NCBI GenBank assembly: GCA_965204725.1
Contig: OZ242005.1
Location: 544,001 to 608,000 of the forward strand
Direction of reading: 5' to 3'
DNA length: 64,000 nt
From: Candidatus Latescibacterota bacterium
GTDB lineage: Bacteria > Latescibacterota > UBA2968 > UBA8231
Of this stretch, positions 20,415-29,391 are shown piece after piece. The notes under the pieces are model-generated. The model did no database searches. It was not told the origin of the DNA and saw only the letters and a program-made list of their open reading frames with translations. Within the stretch, counting starts at the first letter, position 1; each line of letters opens with the position of its first letter. The translations under genes were made by a program, and so were the position numbers.

Positions 20415-20463
20415 TGCAGTACCGAATCGCCGATCAGCTTGGACCGCAAAAAACTACGGCTTA

Positions 20464-20578
20464 TAGCAGTCCTAAATGACTCGAAAGCATGGAGTGTTGA
20501 TCGGCCCGGTCTTTTTTGCATCTCAGGCGTCATTCCCGCGAAAGCGGGAATCCAGTCTTGAAGGATGTAGGAGTGCTA
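20464..20578. mobile_element. MITE with IS630-type ends, carrying a REP-like palindrome
   Basis: TA|TAGCAGTCCTAAATGA ... GGATGTAGGAGTGCTA|TA; ends resemble those of the IS630 at 25836-26971; TA on both sides. Confidence 0.7.
20529..20555 (+). repeat. REP-like palindrome GTCATTCCCGCGAAAGCGGGAATCCAG
   Basis: Exact reverse complement at 23011-23037; internal ATTCCC-N8-GGGAAT hairpin. Confidence 0.85.
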
Positions 20579-20755
20579 TATAACTGACGTTACGGGCTGT
20601 CGCTTCATGGCACGTTAGGCTCGAAGCCGATGCAACCCCAAGATGCCCAAGCGTACCATCCAATATGCATCCTATGGCAGGTCGCTTTCGCGTTTGTGCC
20701 GGCAATACGGCATCCAGACGCCTAGGATGCGCCAGCGGCTCAGGCCACACCACCA

Positions 20756-20938
20756 ATGCAAGAGAGCCTCAGAGTGCTTGAAAAGGATGGCTGGCACCAA
20801 GTCAGGATGCGTGGAAGTCATCGGCAATTTAAGCACTCTACCAAGCGAGAGTTGATAACGGTGCCCGGACGTTTAGGCGACGATCTGGCTATTGGCACTC
20901 TTAACAGCATATTGAAGAAAGCAGAGCTAAAAGAGTGA
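20756..20938 (+). CDS. hicA: HicA-family toxin
   Basis: LEKDGW..VR.RGSHRQFKH...ITVP...DLAIGTLNSILK; GTGA overlap with hicB. Confidence 0.88.
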   Translation: MQESLRVLEKDGWHQVRMRGSHRQFKHSTKRELITVPGRLGDDLAIGTLNSILKKAELKE

Positions 20939-21147
20939 AATATCTAATCGTCGTGGAAAAGACCGAGACCGGATTCTCGGCGTACTCGCCGGACCTTTTA
21001 GGTTGTGTAGCGACGGGCGCGACGGAAGAAGAAACCGGAGCGAATATGAAGGAAGCGATCTCGTTTCACGTCGAGGGCCTGAAGCAGGAGGGATTCCCCG
21101 TGCCGCAGCCCTCTACGAAGTCCGCTTACATTGAAGGCGCAGCATGA
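20935..21147 (+). CDS. hicB: HicB-family antitoxin (short form, no DNA-binding domain)
   Basis: FSAYSPDL.GCVATG.T.EE...NMKEAI.FH.EGL...G.PVP.P. Confidence 0.9.
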   Translation: MKYLIVVEKTETGFSAYSPDLLGCVATGATEEETGANMKEAISFHVEGLKQEGFPVPQPSTKSAYIEGAA

Positions 21148-21337
21148 GAATTCACCAACCAACAATCCATCCCTAAAAGGAAGGCATCAATGATCCCTCT
21201 ACTTGAAAACAAAGACGAATTGAAAGAATTCTTGGAATACTGTGAACTAGCTGTCGAGAAGACGGGAAACACACTCAATGAACGTGGTCCTTTGCAGCTA
21301 TGTCACTTCACCCACAAACTCACGCATTCTGCCCTCA

Positions 21338-22261
21338 GAAGCCTTTTTAAAACTCTTTTTCTTTGTTTTTTCGCTTGAGCAACAGATGGATCATAACGAT
21401 ATGTATAAAGGCTTGGCTATTGTCGGTTAAGGTTTCATAGTCTTTGGCGTGGATACGATAGTTACCCAACCAAGCAAAGGTTCGTTCGACGACCCATCGG
21501 CGCTTGAGTAGGGTAAAGCCTGGACGTGGTTTTTCACGGACGTCCAATCGGATTTTATAGGTTTGTTTTAAGTTGGCGACCCATGCGTTGAGCGCCTCCC
21601 CTCGGTAACCGGCATCGACCCATACTCTTCTCAGCCGTTGGACGCCGGCGGAGAAATAGTCCCTCAACAGGGCCTTTAGGCCGTCGGCGTCGGAGACATC
21701 GGCGGCGGTGACCTTACATTGCAGGATCGATCCTTGGCTATCGACTAACAGGTGGCGTTTGCGTCCTTTGACCCGTTTCCCGGCGTCGTAGCCGATGGCT
21801 CGGCCTTGGGTTGCGGTCTTAACACTCTGGGCGTCGATGCCGCCGGCCGACGGGGTTGGCCGGCGGCCTTGTTGGGTGCGCTGTTGGCGGGTCAAGGCGT
21901 CCAGTATCCGGGGCCAGTGCCCGTCTCGCCGCCAGCGATTGAAGTATCCATACACTGTTTGCCACGGCCCAAACGTCGGCGGCAGCATCGGCCACGGACA
22001 GCCGGTTTTAGCCCGATAGAGGATCCCATTGAGCACCAAACGTAGAGTCCGGGGCGGACGACCCGGACCCCCACGACGCCAACGACGCGAGGGCAAGAAG
22101 GGAGACAGCCGCTGCCATTGCGCGTCTGTTAGGTCGGTCGGATATTGATATGGCGTACTCATCGGAGACCTTTCGTTCAGGGTTCTTAGGCGAAACCTGA
22201 AGGTGTTCGGTGAGTACGCCTACGTCAAATCCAAGCAAAAAAGGAGTTTTAAAAAGGCTTC
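21338..22261 (-). mobile_element. IS5-family insertion sequence (IS1031-like)
   Basis: Perfect 18-bp TIR GAAGCCTTTTTAAAACTC (21338-21355 / 22244-22261); flanks TCA and TAA. Confidence 0.9.
21347..22162 (-). CDS. IS5-family transposase
   Basis: YPTDLTDAQW, IDAQSVKT, GYDAGKRVKGRKRHLLVD, VDAGY, RWVVERTFAWL. Confidence 0.95.
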   Translation of the reverse strand: MSTPYQYPTDLTDAQWQRLSPFLPSRRWRRGGPGRPPRTLRLVLNGILYRAKTGCPWPMLPPTFGPWQTVYGYFNRWRRDGHWPRILDALTRQQRTQQGRRPTPSAGGIDAQSVKTATQGRAIGYDAGKRVKGRKRHLLVDSQGSILQCKVTAADVSDADGLKALLRDYFSAGVQRLRRVWVDAGYRGEALNAWVANLKQTYKIRLDVREKPRPGFTLLKRRWVVERTFAWLGNYRIHAKDYETLTDNSQAFIHIVMIHLLLKRKNKEKEF

Positions 22262-22687
22262 TAAGGTTCCAGATTGAGCCCGTCGTGATCTTGTTGTCTA
22301 AAGCCGCATGGTCAGAAGTATGTGGTTGGAAGCGTTGGGGGGCAAAAGGCCCAAAGGACTACATTGGAGGCATGAAGTGCTACCATTTGAACTATCCCGA
22401 GATCTTTGACACCTTCAACGGCAATGAACTTACATCAACCACCCTATGGTCGTTTTCAGGACCTCCTACCTTGGGCAACGACCCAAACCAAGGTCTCGAT
22501 CTCCCTAACAAGCCTGCATCTTTTTCATCATGGAACGAACAATGGGAGACGCTCAATGTGGACATCAGTAGTATCACGGGTATTACCAAACTTACCCTCC
22601 GTTATGAGTATGACTGAGAAGCGTCTCTAAAATAGAAGCGGGAGTTGTTCAGTCGGCTGGGGTGATTAATGCGATGGCGAGACGTCT

Positions 22688-22948
22688 ATGAAAGTGCATG
22701 AATTCACGGTCATTCTAATAGCCGATCCCAACGAAGAAGCATCGGATCGGCTCTATAGCGTCTTCAATGACGGTACGCTTGTCACAACGGCTGGTGTGCC
22801 GCAGGTTCACTTTCACCGCGAAGCCCCGTCGTTGGAGGACGCCATCGGCTCTGCGCTAGCACACGTCAGCAAAGCAGGCTTTGATGTGGTTCGTGTAGAA
22901 ATCGAACCGCGCAACGTTTTGACCGCGCAATCGAGCGCGATCATGTAG
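22688..22948 (+). CDS. Small hypothetical protein (possibly HicB-like fold)
   Basis: 86-aa ORF with a natural-looking composition (EFTVIL...FHREAPSLEDAIGSA..V..AGF.V.RVE). Confidence 0.55.
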   Translation: MKVHEFTVILIADPNEEASDRLYSVFNDGTLVTTAGVPQVHFHREAPSLEDAIGSALAHVSKAGFDVVRVEIEPRNVLTAQSSAIM

Positions 22949-22959
22949 TAGTAACCCAA

Positions 22960-23092
22960 GAAGCGTTCTTAAAATTAGGGTTTCAATCTCTGGTTCGGCT
23001 TGGTCCTTTTCTGGATTCCCGCTTTCGCGGGAATGACCGCGAGAGTCGTCATTCAAGACGAGCCAAAGCAACATAAGTTTTAAGAATGCTTC
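22960..23092. mobile_element. MITE-like element with IS5-type ends, carrying the REP palindrome
   Basis: GAAGCGTTCTTAAAATT ... AGTTTTAAGAATGCTTC (15/17 inverted match), similar to the IS5 TIR; contains the REP at 23011-23037; no clear target duplication. Confidence 0.55.
23011..23037 (-). repeat. REP-like palindrome (inverted copy of 20529-20555)
   Basis: CTGGATTCCCGCTTTCGCGGGAATGAC, 27/27 reverse-complement match. Confidence 0.85.
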
Positions 23093-23115
23093 ACTTCCAA
23101 AAAAGGAGGAAAGCA

Positions 23116-25029
23116 ATGGCTAAAGTCATCGGCATTGACTTAGGCACCACCAACTCGTGCGTCGCTGTCATCGAAGGGCAAGACGCAGAGGTTATCGCCA
23201 ATTCCGAAGGAGGCCGCACCACACCCTCCATGGTCGCCTTCACCAAAGAGGGCGAGCGCCTCGTCGGCCAGACCGCCAAACGCCAAGCCGTCACCAACCC
23301 GCAAAACACGATCTATTCGATCAAGCGCTTCATGGGCCGCCGCTACGACGAAGTCGCCAACGAGATGAGCGAAGTGCCCTACGAAGTGGCCCCAGGGAGC
23401 CGCTCCTTAGCCGTGGCCAAAATCGACGGCAAGGAACACACGCCGCCGGAAATCTCGGCCATGATCTTGCAAAAGATGAAGCAGACGGCCGAAGACTATC
23501 TGGGCGAGGAAGTGCAACAAGCCGTCGTCACCGTCCCGGCGTACTTCAACGACTCCCAACGCCAAGCCACCAAGGACGCGGGCACCATCGCCGGCTTGGA
23601 GGTCTTGCGCATCGTCAACGAGCCGACCGCCGCGGCGCTGGCCTACGGCTTGGACAAGGGCGGCTCCAGCGAGCAGATCGCCGTGTACGACCTCGGCGGC
23701 GGCACCTTCGACATTTCCATCCTCGAACTCGGCGACGGCGTCTTCGAGGTCAAATCCACCAACGGCGACACCCACCTCGGCGGCGACGATTTCGACCAGA
23801 AGATCATCGACTGGCTCGCCGAGGAATTTCAAAAGAGCGAGGGCATTGACCTGCGCCAAGACGCGATGGCCCTGCAACGGCTCAAGGAAGCAGGCGAAAA
23901 AGCTAAAATCGAGCTGTCCTCCTCCACTTCAACCGACATCAACCTGCCCTTTATTACCGCCGACCAGACCGGCCCCAAGCACTTGCAAACCAGCCTGTCG
24001 CGCGCCCAGTTTGAACGCTTGGTTGACGACCTAGTTGAGCGCACCAAGGCCCCTTGTCAGCAGGCCCTCGCCGACGCCGAGTTGCAAGCCAGCGACATCG
24101 ACCAAGTGATTTTGGTCGGCGGCTCGACGCGCATGCCGAAAATCCAAGAAGCGGTCCAAGCACTCTTCGGCAAGGAGCCGCATCGGGGCGTCAATCCCGA
24201 CGAGGTGGTCGCCTTGGGCGCGGCCATTCAAGCGGGCGTACTCGCGGGCGACGTCGACGATGTCCTGCTGCTCGATGTCACGCCGCTTTCGCTGGGGATC
24301 GAGACCATGGGCGGGGTGATGACGCGGCTGATTGACCGCAACACCACCATCCCCACCAAGAAGAGCCAGATTTTTTCCACGGCCTCGGACAACCAGCCCT
24401 CGGTGGAAGTCCACGTGTTGCAAGGCGAGCGCGAGTTTGCCAACGACAACCGCACCCTCGGCCGCTTCCACCTCGACGGCATTCCCACGGCCCCGCGCGG
24501 CATGCCCCAAATCGAGGTGACCTTCGACATTGACGCCAACGGCATCCTCAACGTCGCGGCCAAGGACAAGGGCACCAACAAGGAGCAATCCATCCGCATT
24601 GAGTCGTCCTCGGGCTTGAGCCAAGACGAGATTGACACCATGCAAAAGGACGCCGAGACCCACGCCGATGAGGACAAAAAGCGCCGCGAAGACATCGATC
24701 GCCGCAACGAGGCCGACCAGCTCATCTACGCGGCAGAAAAGTCGGTCGCCGAACACGGCGACAAGATAACCGACGCCGACAAGAAAGGCGTTGAGGACGC
24801 GGTGGCCGCGCTAAAGAAAGCACTCGAAGGCACGGACGACGAGGCCATCAAGCAGGCCATGACCGCCCTGCAACAGGCGTCGCACAAACTGGCGGAGGAA
24901 ATATACAAGGACGCCCAAGCCCAACAGACGCAGGAAGCCCCGGAAGGTGCGGCCAGTCAGCCGCAAGGGGGCGGGGACTCGGGCGCGGTGGATGCGGACT
25001 TTAAGGTGGTGGACGACGACAAGAAGTAG
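23116..25029 (+). CDS. dnaK: Molecular chaperone DnaK
   Basis: [47 protein letters not shown]-terminal VDADF; AGGAGG RBS. Confidence 0.98.
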   Translation: MAKVIGIDLGTTNSCVAVIEGQDAEVIANSEGGRTTPSMVAFTKEGERLVGQTAKRQAVTNPQNTIYSIKRFMGRRYDEVANEMSEVPYEVAPGSRSLAVAKIDGKEHTPPEISAMILQKMKQTAEDYLGEEVQQAVVTVPAYFNDSQRQATKDAGTIAGLEVLRIVNEPTAAALAYGLDKGGSSEQIAVYDLGGGTFDISILELGDGVFEVKSTNGDTHLGGDDFDQKIIDWLAEEFQKSEGIDLRQDAMALQRLKEAGEKAKIELSSSTSTDINLPFITADQTGPKHLQTSLSRAQFERLVDDLVERTKAPCQQALADAELQASDIDQVILVGGSTRMPKIQEAVQALFGKEPHRGVNPDEVVALGAAIQAGVLAGDVDDVLLLDVTPLSLGIETMGGVMTRLIDRNTTIPTKKSQIFSTASDNQPSVEVHVLQGEREFANDNRTLGRFHLDGIPTAPRGMPQIEVTFDIDANGILNVAAKDKGTNKEQSIRIESSSGLSQDEIDTMQKDAETHADEDKKRREDIDRRNEADQLIYAAEKSVAEHGDKITDADKKGVEDAVAALKKALEGTDDEAIKQAMTALQQASHKLAEEIYKDAQAQQTQEAPEGAASQPQGGGDSGAVDADFKVVDDDKK

Positions 25030-25184
25030 GGGGCAGTCCTCAGCGTACTCGCCCGATGAGAAACGCTTGGGGTGGCTTGATGGGGGTTTCGGACAGCTTC
25101 TTAGAAGCAAGCGGTCTCATAACTTGCGAAGGGCATTAGGTCTTTTGCTCTTTTTCCTATTCCTGTATATTGCTTCCAATAAGA

Positions 25185-25234
25185 GGTCGCCGTGTCTCGC
25201 CATATATCCGAGTTTTAGGCGAGACACGGCGACC
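25185..25234. repeat. Perfect 17-bp inverted repeat (hairpin) downstream of dnaK
   Basis: GGTCGCCGTGTCTCGCC-N16-GGCGAGACACGGCGACC. Confidence 0.75.
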
Positions 25235-25289
25235 CCAGCGGAAGTCAGGTTCTTGACACCATGAGCGAGTCTATAGAACTCAATATACA

Positions 25290-25838
25290 ATGATAGCCAT
25301 AGATTTATTCGCTGGTGTCGGTGGGATGAGCACAGGTGCTGCCCAAGCTGGAATTGACGTGAAGTTCGCTGTCGAGTCCGATCAATACGCTGCCTGTGCA
25401 TATCGCAACAATCATCCGCATTGCGAGATTTTTGTTGACGACATTCGCCGATTACCTTCAGAAAAAATTAGGCAGATACCTCGCGGTTCGGATGGTACTG
25501 TTGTCTTTGGGGGACCTCCGTGTCAGGGTTTTTCGTATTCCAATACACGCACCCGTGGGATAAAAAATAAAAATAACTGGTTGTTCGATGATTTCGTCCG
25601 CGTGGTTAAGATCTGGCAACCTGACTTCGTCGTATTTGAAAACGTCCGGGGAATTGTTGATACAGCTAAGGGAATTATTCTCGATATTATCATTGATCGA
25701 TTCGATCTATTGGGCTATACGATAAACTGTGGCATACTAAATGCTCTTGACTTCGGTGTGCCACAAAGACGTAACCGCTTTTTTTTAATAGGCTCACGAA
25801 ACAATAAGAAGATTGAACTACCTCGACCAACACTATAG
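25290..25838 (+). pseudogene. C5 DNA cytosine methyltransferase, truncated by IS630
   Basis: Motifs I (DLFAGVGG), IV (GGPPCQGFS), VI (FENV) and VIII (QRRNRFF) are present; TRD and motifs IX-X are missing; the stop is supplied by the IS end. Confidence 0.85.
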
Positions 25839-26971
25839 CAGTTCTAAATCATTTAAGAGTTATAGTATATTTCATTAACTTGGGGAATTGGCCGTATTTT
25901 TTCTGTCGAATGCCCTTAACAAATAGGTCTTTGATCTGTTCAAAACAGGTGGTCCACAATGCATGGGAACGCACAAAGGTCTTGCCTTTTAACCAGAGGT
26001 CTTCGACCGGATTTTCTTGCGGTGTATAGGGCGCCAATCGCGTACAGTCGATCTTCCACTCACCCGGCGGTAGGTCGGCCTGGGTCGTTTCGAGAAAGGT
26101 GCGCATGGCCTGTTGGTGATGATAGGAGACCCCATCCCAAAAGATCAACAGCTTTTGACCCGGACGACGCGGTTGTAGGTAGCGTATAAAATCGACGGTA
26201 TGGTGTGCGTTGGCCTTGGGATACGCTTGCATGAGGAACGTGCCTTTGCCTATATCCAAGGCCCCATAATAGGTTTGTCGTTGCCGTCCATTTTCAATGG
26301 CCACTTCCAGCCTTCGGTCTCGCGGTCCCCACCCATAGCCGCAGGCTTCGTGCCAGCGTAGATGCGACTCATCGATGAAAAAGGCACGGACTTGACCCGC
26401 TTCCAGTTCGGCCTTATGGTCCGTTAGTTTTTTTTATTTCTTCTCGTTTGTCGAGCCCCTGCTGCGGATTGGCTTTGGGCTGCCGTGCTTGGGTCTTTTT
26501 CCAGCGATAGCCGGCCTGAGCAAGCAGGTCGTAATCGCTTTGCGATGAGCGAAAGACCACGCCAAACTGCGTTTGGATATAGGAGGCTAACGCGGCGACC
26601 GAAGGCTGCGATTGGCTCGATAACCACCCCTCGAGGTGCGCCCGTTGATCGGCCGACAAATACGGCTGCGAGCCTTTATAGCCTAAGCGAAAGCAGGCGA
26701 CCCCCTCGGATAGGTAGCGCTGCTTCCACGTACTGATGAAGCTGGACTGCACCCCGAGAATGGCTTGAATCACCCCTTGTTTGAGGCCCAAAAGCGTCAT
26801 CTGAACCGCTAACGCCCGTTTCCGTTCCCGAACGTCGGGATTGCTCGCGATAAACGCCGATAACGACGAATCCGAAACCATAGAAAAACTCCTAAAAAAA
26901 ACGAAGCATGGGAAGACGTAGAAGCAAAATAGAAAAAACAACAAAACCTCGCAAATCATGTAGGAATGCTA
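25836..26971 (-). mobile_element. IS630-family insertion sequence
   Basis: Imperfect TIRs TAGCAGTTCTAAATCATTT / TAGCATTCCTACATGATTT, TA on both sides, 1136 bp. Confidence 0.88.
25849..26881 (-). CDS. IS630 transposase in two ORFs joined by a probable -1 frameshift
   Basis: ORF A is HTH-like and ends EEIKK over an A8 run (~26428-26435); ORF B carries FIDES, FWDGVSYH and PQENPVEDLW (DDE). Confidence 0.85.
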
Positions 26972-27567
26972 TATGTATTAACTCTTCTGTCATTTTTTTT
27001 GGGTTTTTGCAGGATGAGGATGAATTGGTTATGGATGTTGGGGACGTAGGAATAGGGGTAGCCGTAAGGATAGATTTTCTTGTGCTGCTGATAAAGCACT
27101 TTCAGCCCCCGGACTTCGAGGCCGACGGATTCAAGAGAGCGTGCCAGATCGGCGTGAAACATGATGTAGCGCGATTTATCGCGGAAATCACTAACTATGA
27201 TCGCCATGTATTTCCCGAACTTTAGAGCACGTCCACATTCTCCAAACAGCCGTGTGATTTCTTTGATGAAGTCGTCATAATTCTCGATCTTGGCCAGATC
27301 ACGTGGGTCGTCGCCATAGTCAGTAGCCAAGCCGTTGGCTAGTCGCTCTTGCCGAACTTTGTGATCCTCTTTTTTGAGAATCGACCAGTAGGGCGGTGAA
27401 GTTACAACAAAATCGACGCTCTCGTCGGGGATGGTTGGCAAGACATCGCGTGCATCTCCTTCGATAATCTGTTGGTCCTCGATGATGGAGAACATGTCGC
27501 CGATCTCGGTGGCGAGGCGTTCTCGGGACAGTTCAACAAAGTGAGGGTTGATCTCGATACCTATGCC
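26956..27567 (-). pseudogene. Amino (N4C/N6A) DNA methyltransferase, 5'-truncated
   Basis: GIGIEIN..FVELSRERL followed by GDARDVL and VTSPPYW; in-frame stop at 27568-27570 upstream, and the FxGxG motif I is absent. Confidence 0.75.
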
Positions 27568-27712
27568 TTAGTAATCTAAGTTGTGGTACGACCCTGATTT
27601 AGGTTTATTTATAATCGCCCAACATTGCATCTAAATCCTAAACACAGGATCCGCACCATGTTTATTCATACGCGGAAAAAAGCACTCACGCAAGGGAAAG
27701 GAGTAAGTAAAA

Positions 27713-27982
27713 GTGGCCAGAGTTCAGTTAGTGATCCCCGACGAAGACCGCGACCGCTTCGTCCATCAGGCGCAGCGCGAAGGCATGACCTTGAGCGCGT
27801 GGCTCAGGGCCGCCGCCCGCCAACGGCTCGAAGAACAGCAGCAATCCCACCCCTTTGAATCCCTAGCCGACCTTGAGGAATTCTTCAGGGCCTGCGACGC
27901 ATTGGCAGGTCCTAGGCGAGAACCGGATTGGCAAGAGCACTTGGCCGTCATCGACGAATCACAACGGCTCACTCCGACCTAA
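27713..27982 (+). CDS. RHH/CopG-like putative antitoxin, orphan
   Basis: MARVQLVIPDEDRDRF..QA.REGMTLSAWLR.AA is RHH-like; AAGGAG RBS; no toxin gene follows. Confidence 0.6.
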   Translation: MARVQLVIPDEDRDRFVHQAQREGMTLSAWLRAAARQRLEEQQQSHPFESLADLEEFFRACDALAGPRREPDWQEHLAVIDESQRLTPT

Positions 27983-27993
27983 AACCCAACCCC

Positions 27994-29391
27994 ATGCACC
28001 TACCGCTCCTCCGCGCCGGCCAGCCCTACGCCAGCCTCGACCGCCTCGCCGTGGCCCACATCGCCACCGGCCAACCGCTGGCCCAAGTCAGCCAAGCCAA
28101 CCGCGGCCTAATCGCCCGCGACTTAGCCGCCCAAGAGCGCAACCGCCAAACCCTGCGAGCACTCACCGTCGCCGAACTGGTCGCCATAAGCCAACGAGCC
28201 GCCGACCTCTTCTTACACGCCGAACTGCCTGTGGGCGACGACAGCCAAACGCCCGACGCCTACGTCGCGCAAGTCTCGGCCACTACCGGCCTGCCGCAGG
28301 CACTGGCCCGCGCCAACATGGACAAAATCCACCGCGTCGGCGTCGAAATGCCCGCCGTGCTCAGCGGCCTAACCCGGGGCTTGGACCGCACCGTCCTCGA
28401 CGACGGCCCCAGTGCGCTCCACTTCGTGCCCCACGCCCACGCCCTCGGCTGCATCCTACCGAGCAATTCGCCCGGCGTCCACGCGCTGTGGCTACCAGCC
28501 ATTCCGCTCAAGACCCCGCTGGTGCTCAAGCCGGGCCGCGAAGAGCCGTGGACGCCCTATCGCATCGCCCAAGCCCTGATCGCGGCCGGCTGTCCACCCC
28601 ACGCCCTGAGCTACTACCCGACCGACCACGGCGGTAGCACCGAAATTCTGCTCGGCTGCGGCCGCTCGTTGCTGTTTGGCGGCGGTTCCACCGTAGCCCC
28701 TTGGCGCGCTGACTCCCGCGTCCAACTACACGGCCCGGGGCGCAGCAAAATTCTCATCGGCGCGGACAAAATCGACCACTGGGAAGACTACCTCGACCTC
28801 ATGGTCGCCTCCATCGCCGCCAATGGGGGTCGCTCTTGCCTCAACGCCTCGGGCGTCTGGGTGCCCGCTCGCGGCCGCGAAATAGCCGCCGCGATTGGCG
28901 AGCGTCTGAGCCAAATTGAGGCCCGTCCCCTCGACGACCCCCAAGCCCAGATCGCCGCCTTTCCCAATCCCGCAGCCGCGCACCAGATCTCGGCCTCCAT
29001 CGACGCCCAACTCGACGGCGCGGCCCAAGACACGGCCCGAGGCCGAAGCGAACGCATCGCCGCGATCGGCGGCTGCACCTTCCTCAACCCAACCTTGATC
29101 CACGCCGCCGACTGGCGTCATCCGCTCGCCAACACCGAATACCTCTTTCCTTTTGCCGCGGTCGTCGAAGTCCCCCAAGAAGAGGTGGTCGCCCGCATCG
29201 GCCCGACGCTGGTAGCGACCGCTCTGACCGAGGACGAGGGCCTAACGCGCCAACTGCTCGCGGCCCCCCACATCGAACGCCTCAACCTCGGCCCGATTCC
29301 CACCCACCAAATCGCTTGGGACCAGCCGCACGAGGGCAACCTCTTCGACTTCCTTTACCAGCAGCGCGCCTTGCAGCGCAGCACCGGATGA
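27994..29391 (+). CDS. Aldehyde dehydrogenase / acyl-CoA reductase-like protein
   Basis: ILPSNSP, LVLKPG, FGGG, NGGRSCLNAS (catalytic Cys), EYLFPF. Confidence 0.8.
   Translation: MHLPLLRAGQPYASLDRLAVAHIATGQPLAQVSQANRGLIARDLAAQERNRQTLRALTVAELVAISQRAADLFLHAELPVGDDSQTPDAYVAQVSATTGLPQALARANMDKIHRVGVEMPAVLSGLTRGLDRTVLDDGPSALHFVPHAHALGCILPSNSPGVHALWLPAIPLKTPLVLKPGREEPWTPYRIAQALIAAGCPPHALSYYPTDHGGSTEILLGCGRSLLFGGGSTVAPWRADSRVQLHGPGRSKILIGADKIDHWEDYLDLMVASIAANGGRSCLNASGVWVPARGREIAAAIGERLSQIEARPLDDPQAQIAAFPNPAAAHQISASIDAQLDGAAQDTARGRSERIAAIGGCTFLNPTLIHAADWRHPLANTEYLFPFAAVVEVPQEEVVARIGPTLVATALTEDEGLTRQLLAAPHIERLNLGPIPTHQIAWDQPHEGNLFDFLYQQRALQRSTG

Larger units (their letters stand above)
21190..22617 (+). 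pseudogene. Hypothetical gene (~166 aa) interrupted by the IS5 element
   Basis: Joining 21190-21337 to 22265-22617 gives a continuous frame (..HSAL-RFQIEP..); AAGGAAGG RBS upstream. Confidence 0.5.

Noticed and set aside
20584-20755. Possible transposase HTH remnant (GRSLSRLCRQYGI)
   Set aside because: Too short, with no catalytic domain or identifiable ends.
20529-23037. A single composite element bounded by the two inverted 27-bp REP copies
   Set aside because: Each copy sits inside its own MITE-like unit with different ends, and no target duplication flanks the pair; kept only as a secondary possibility.
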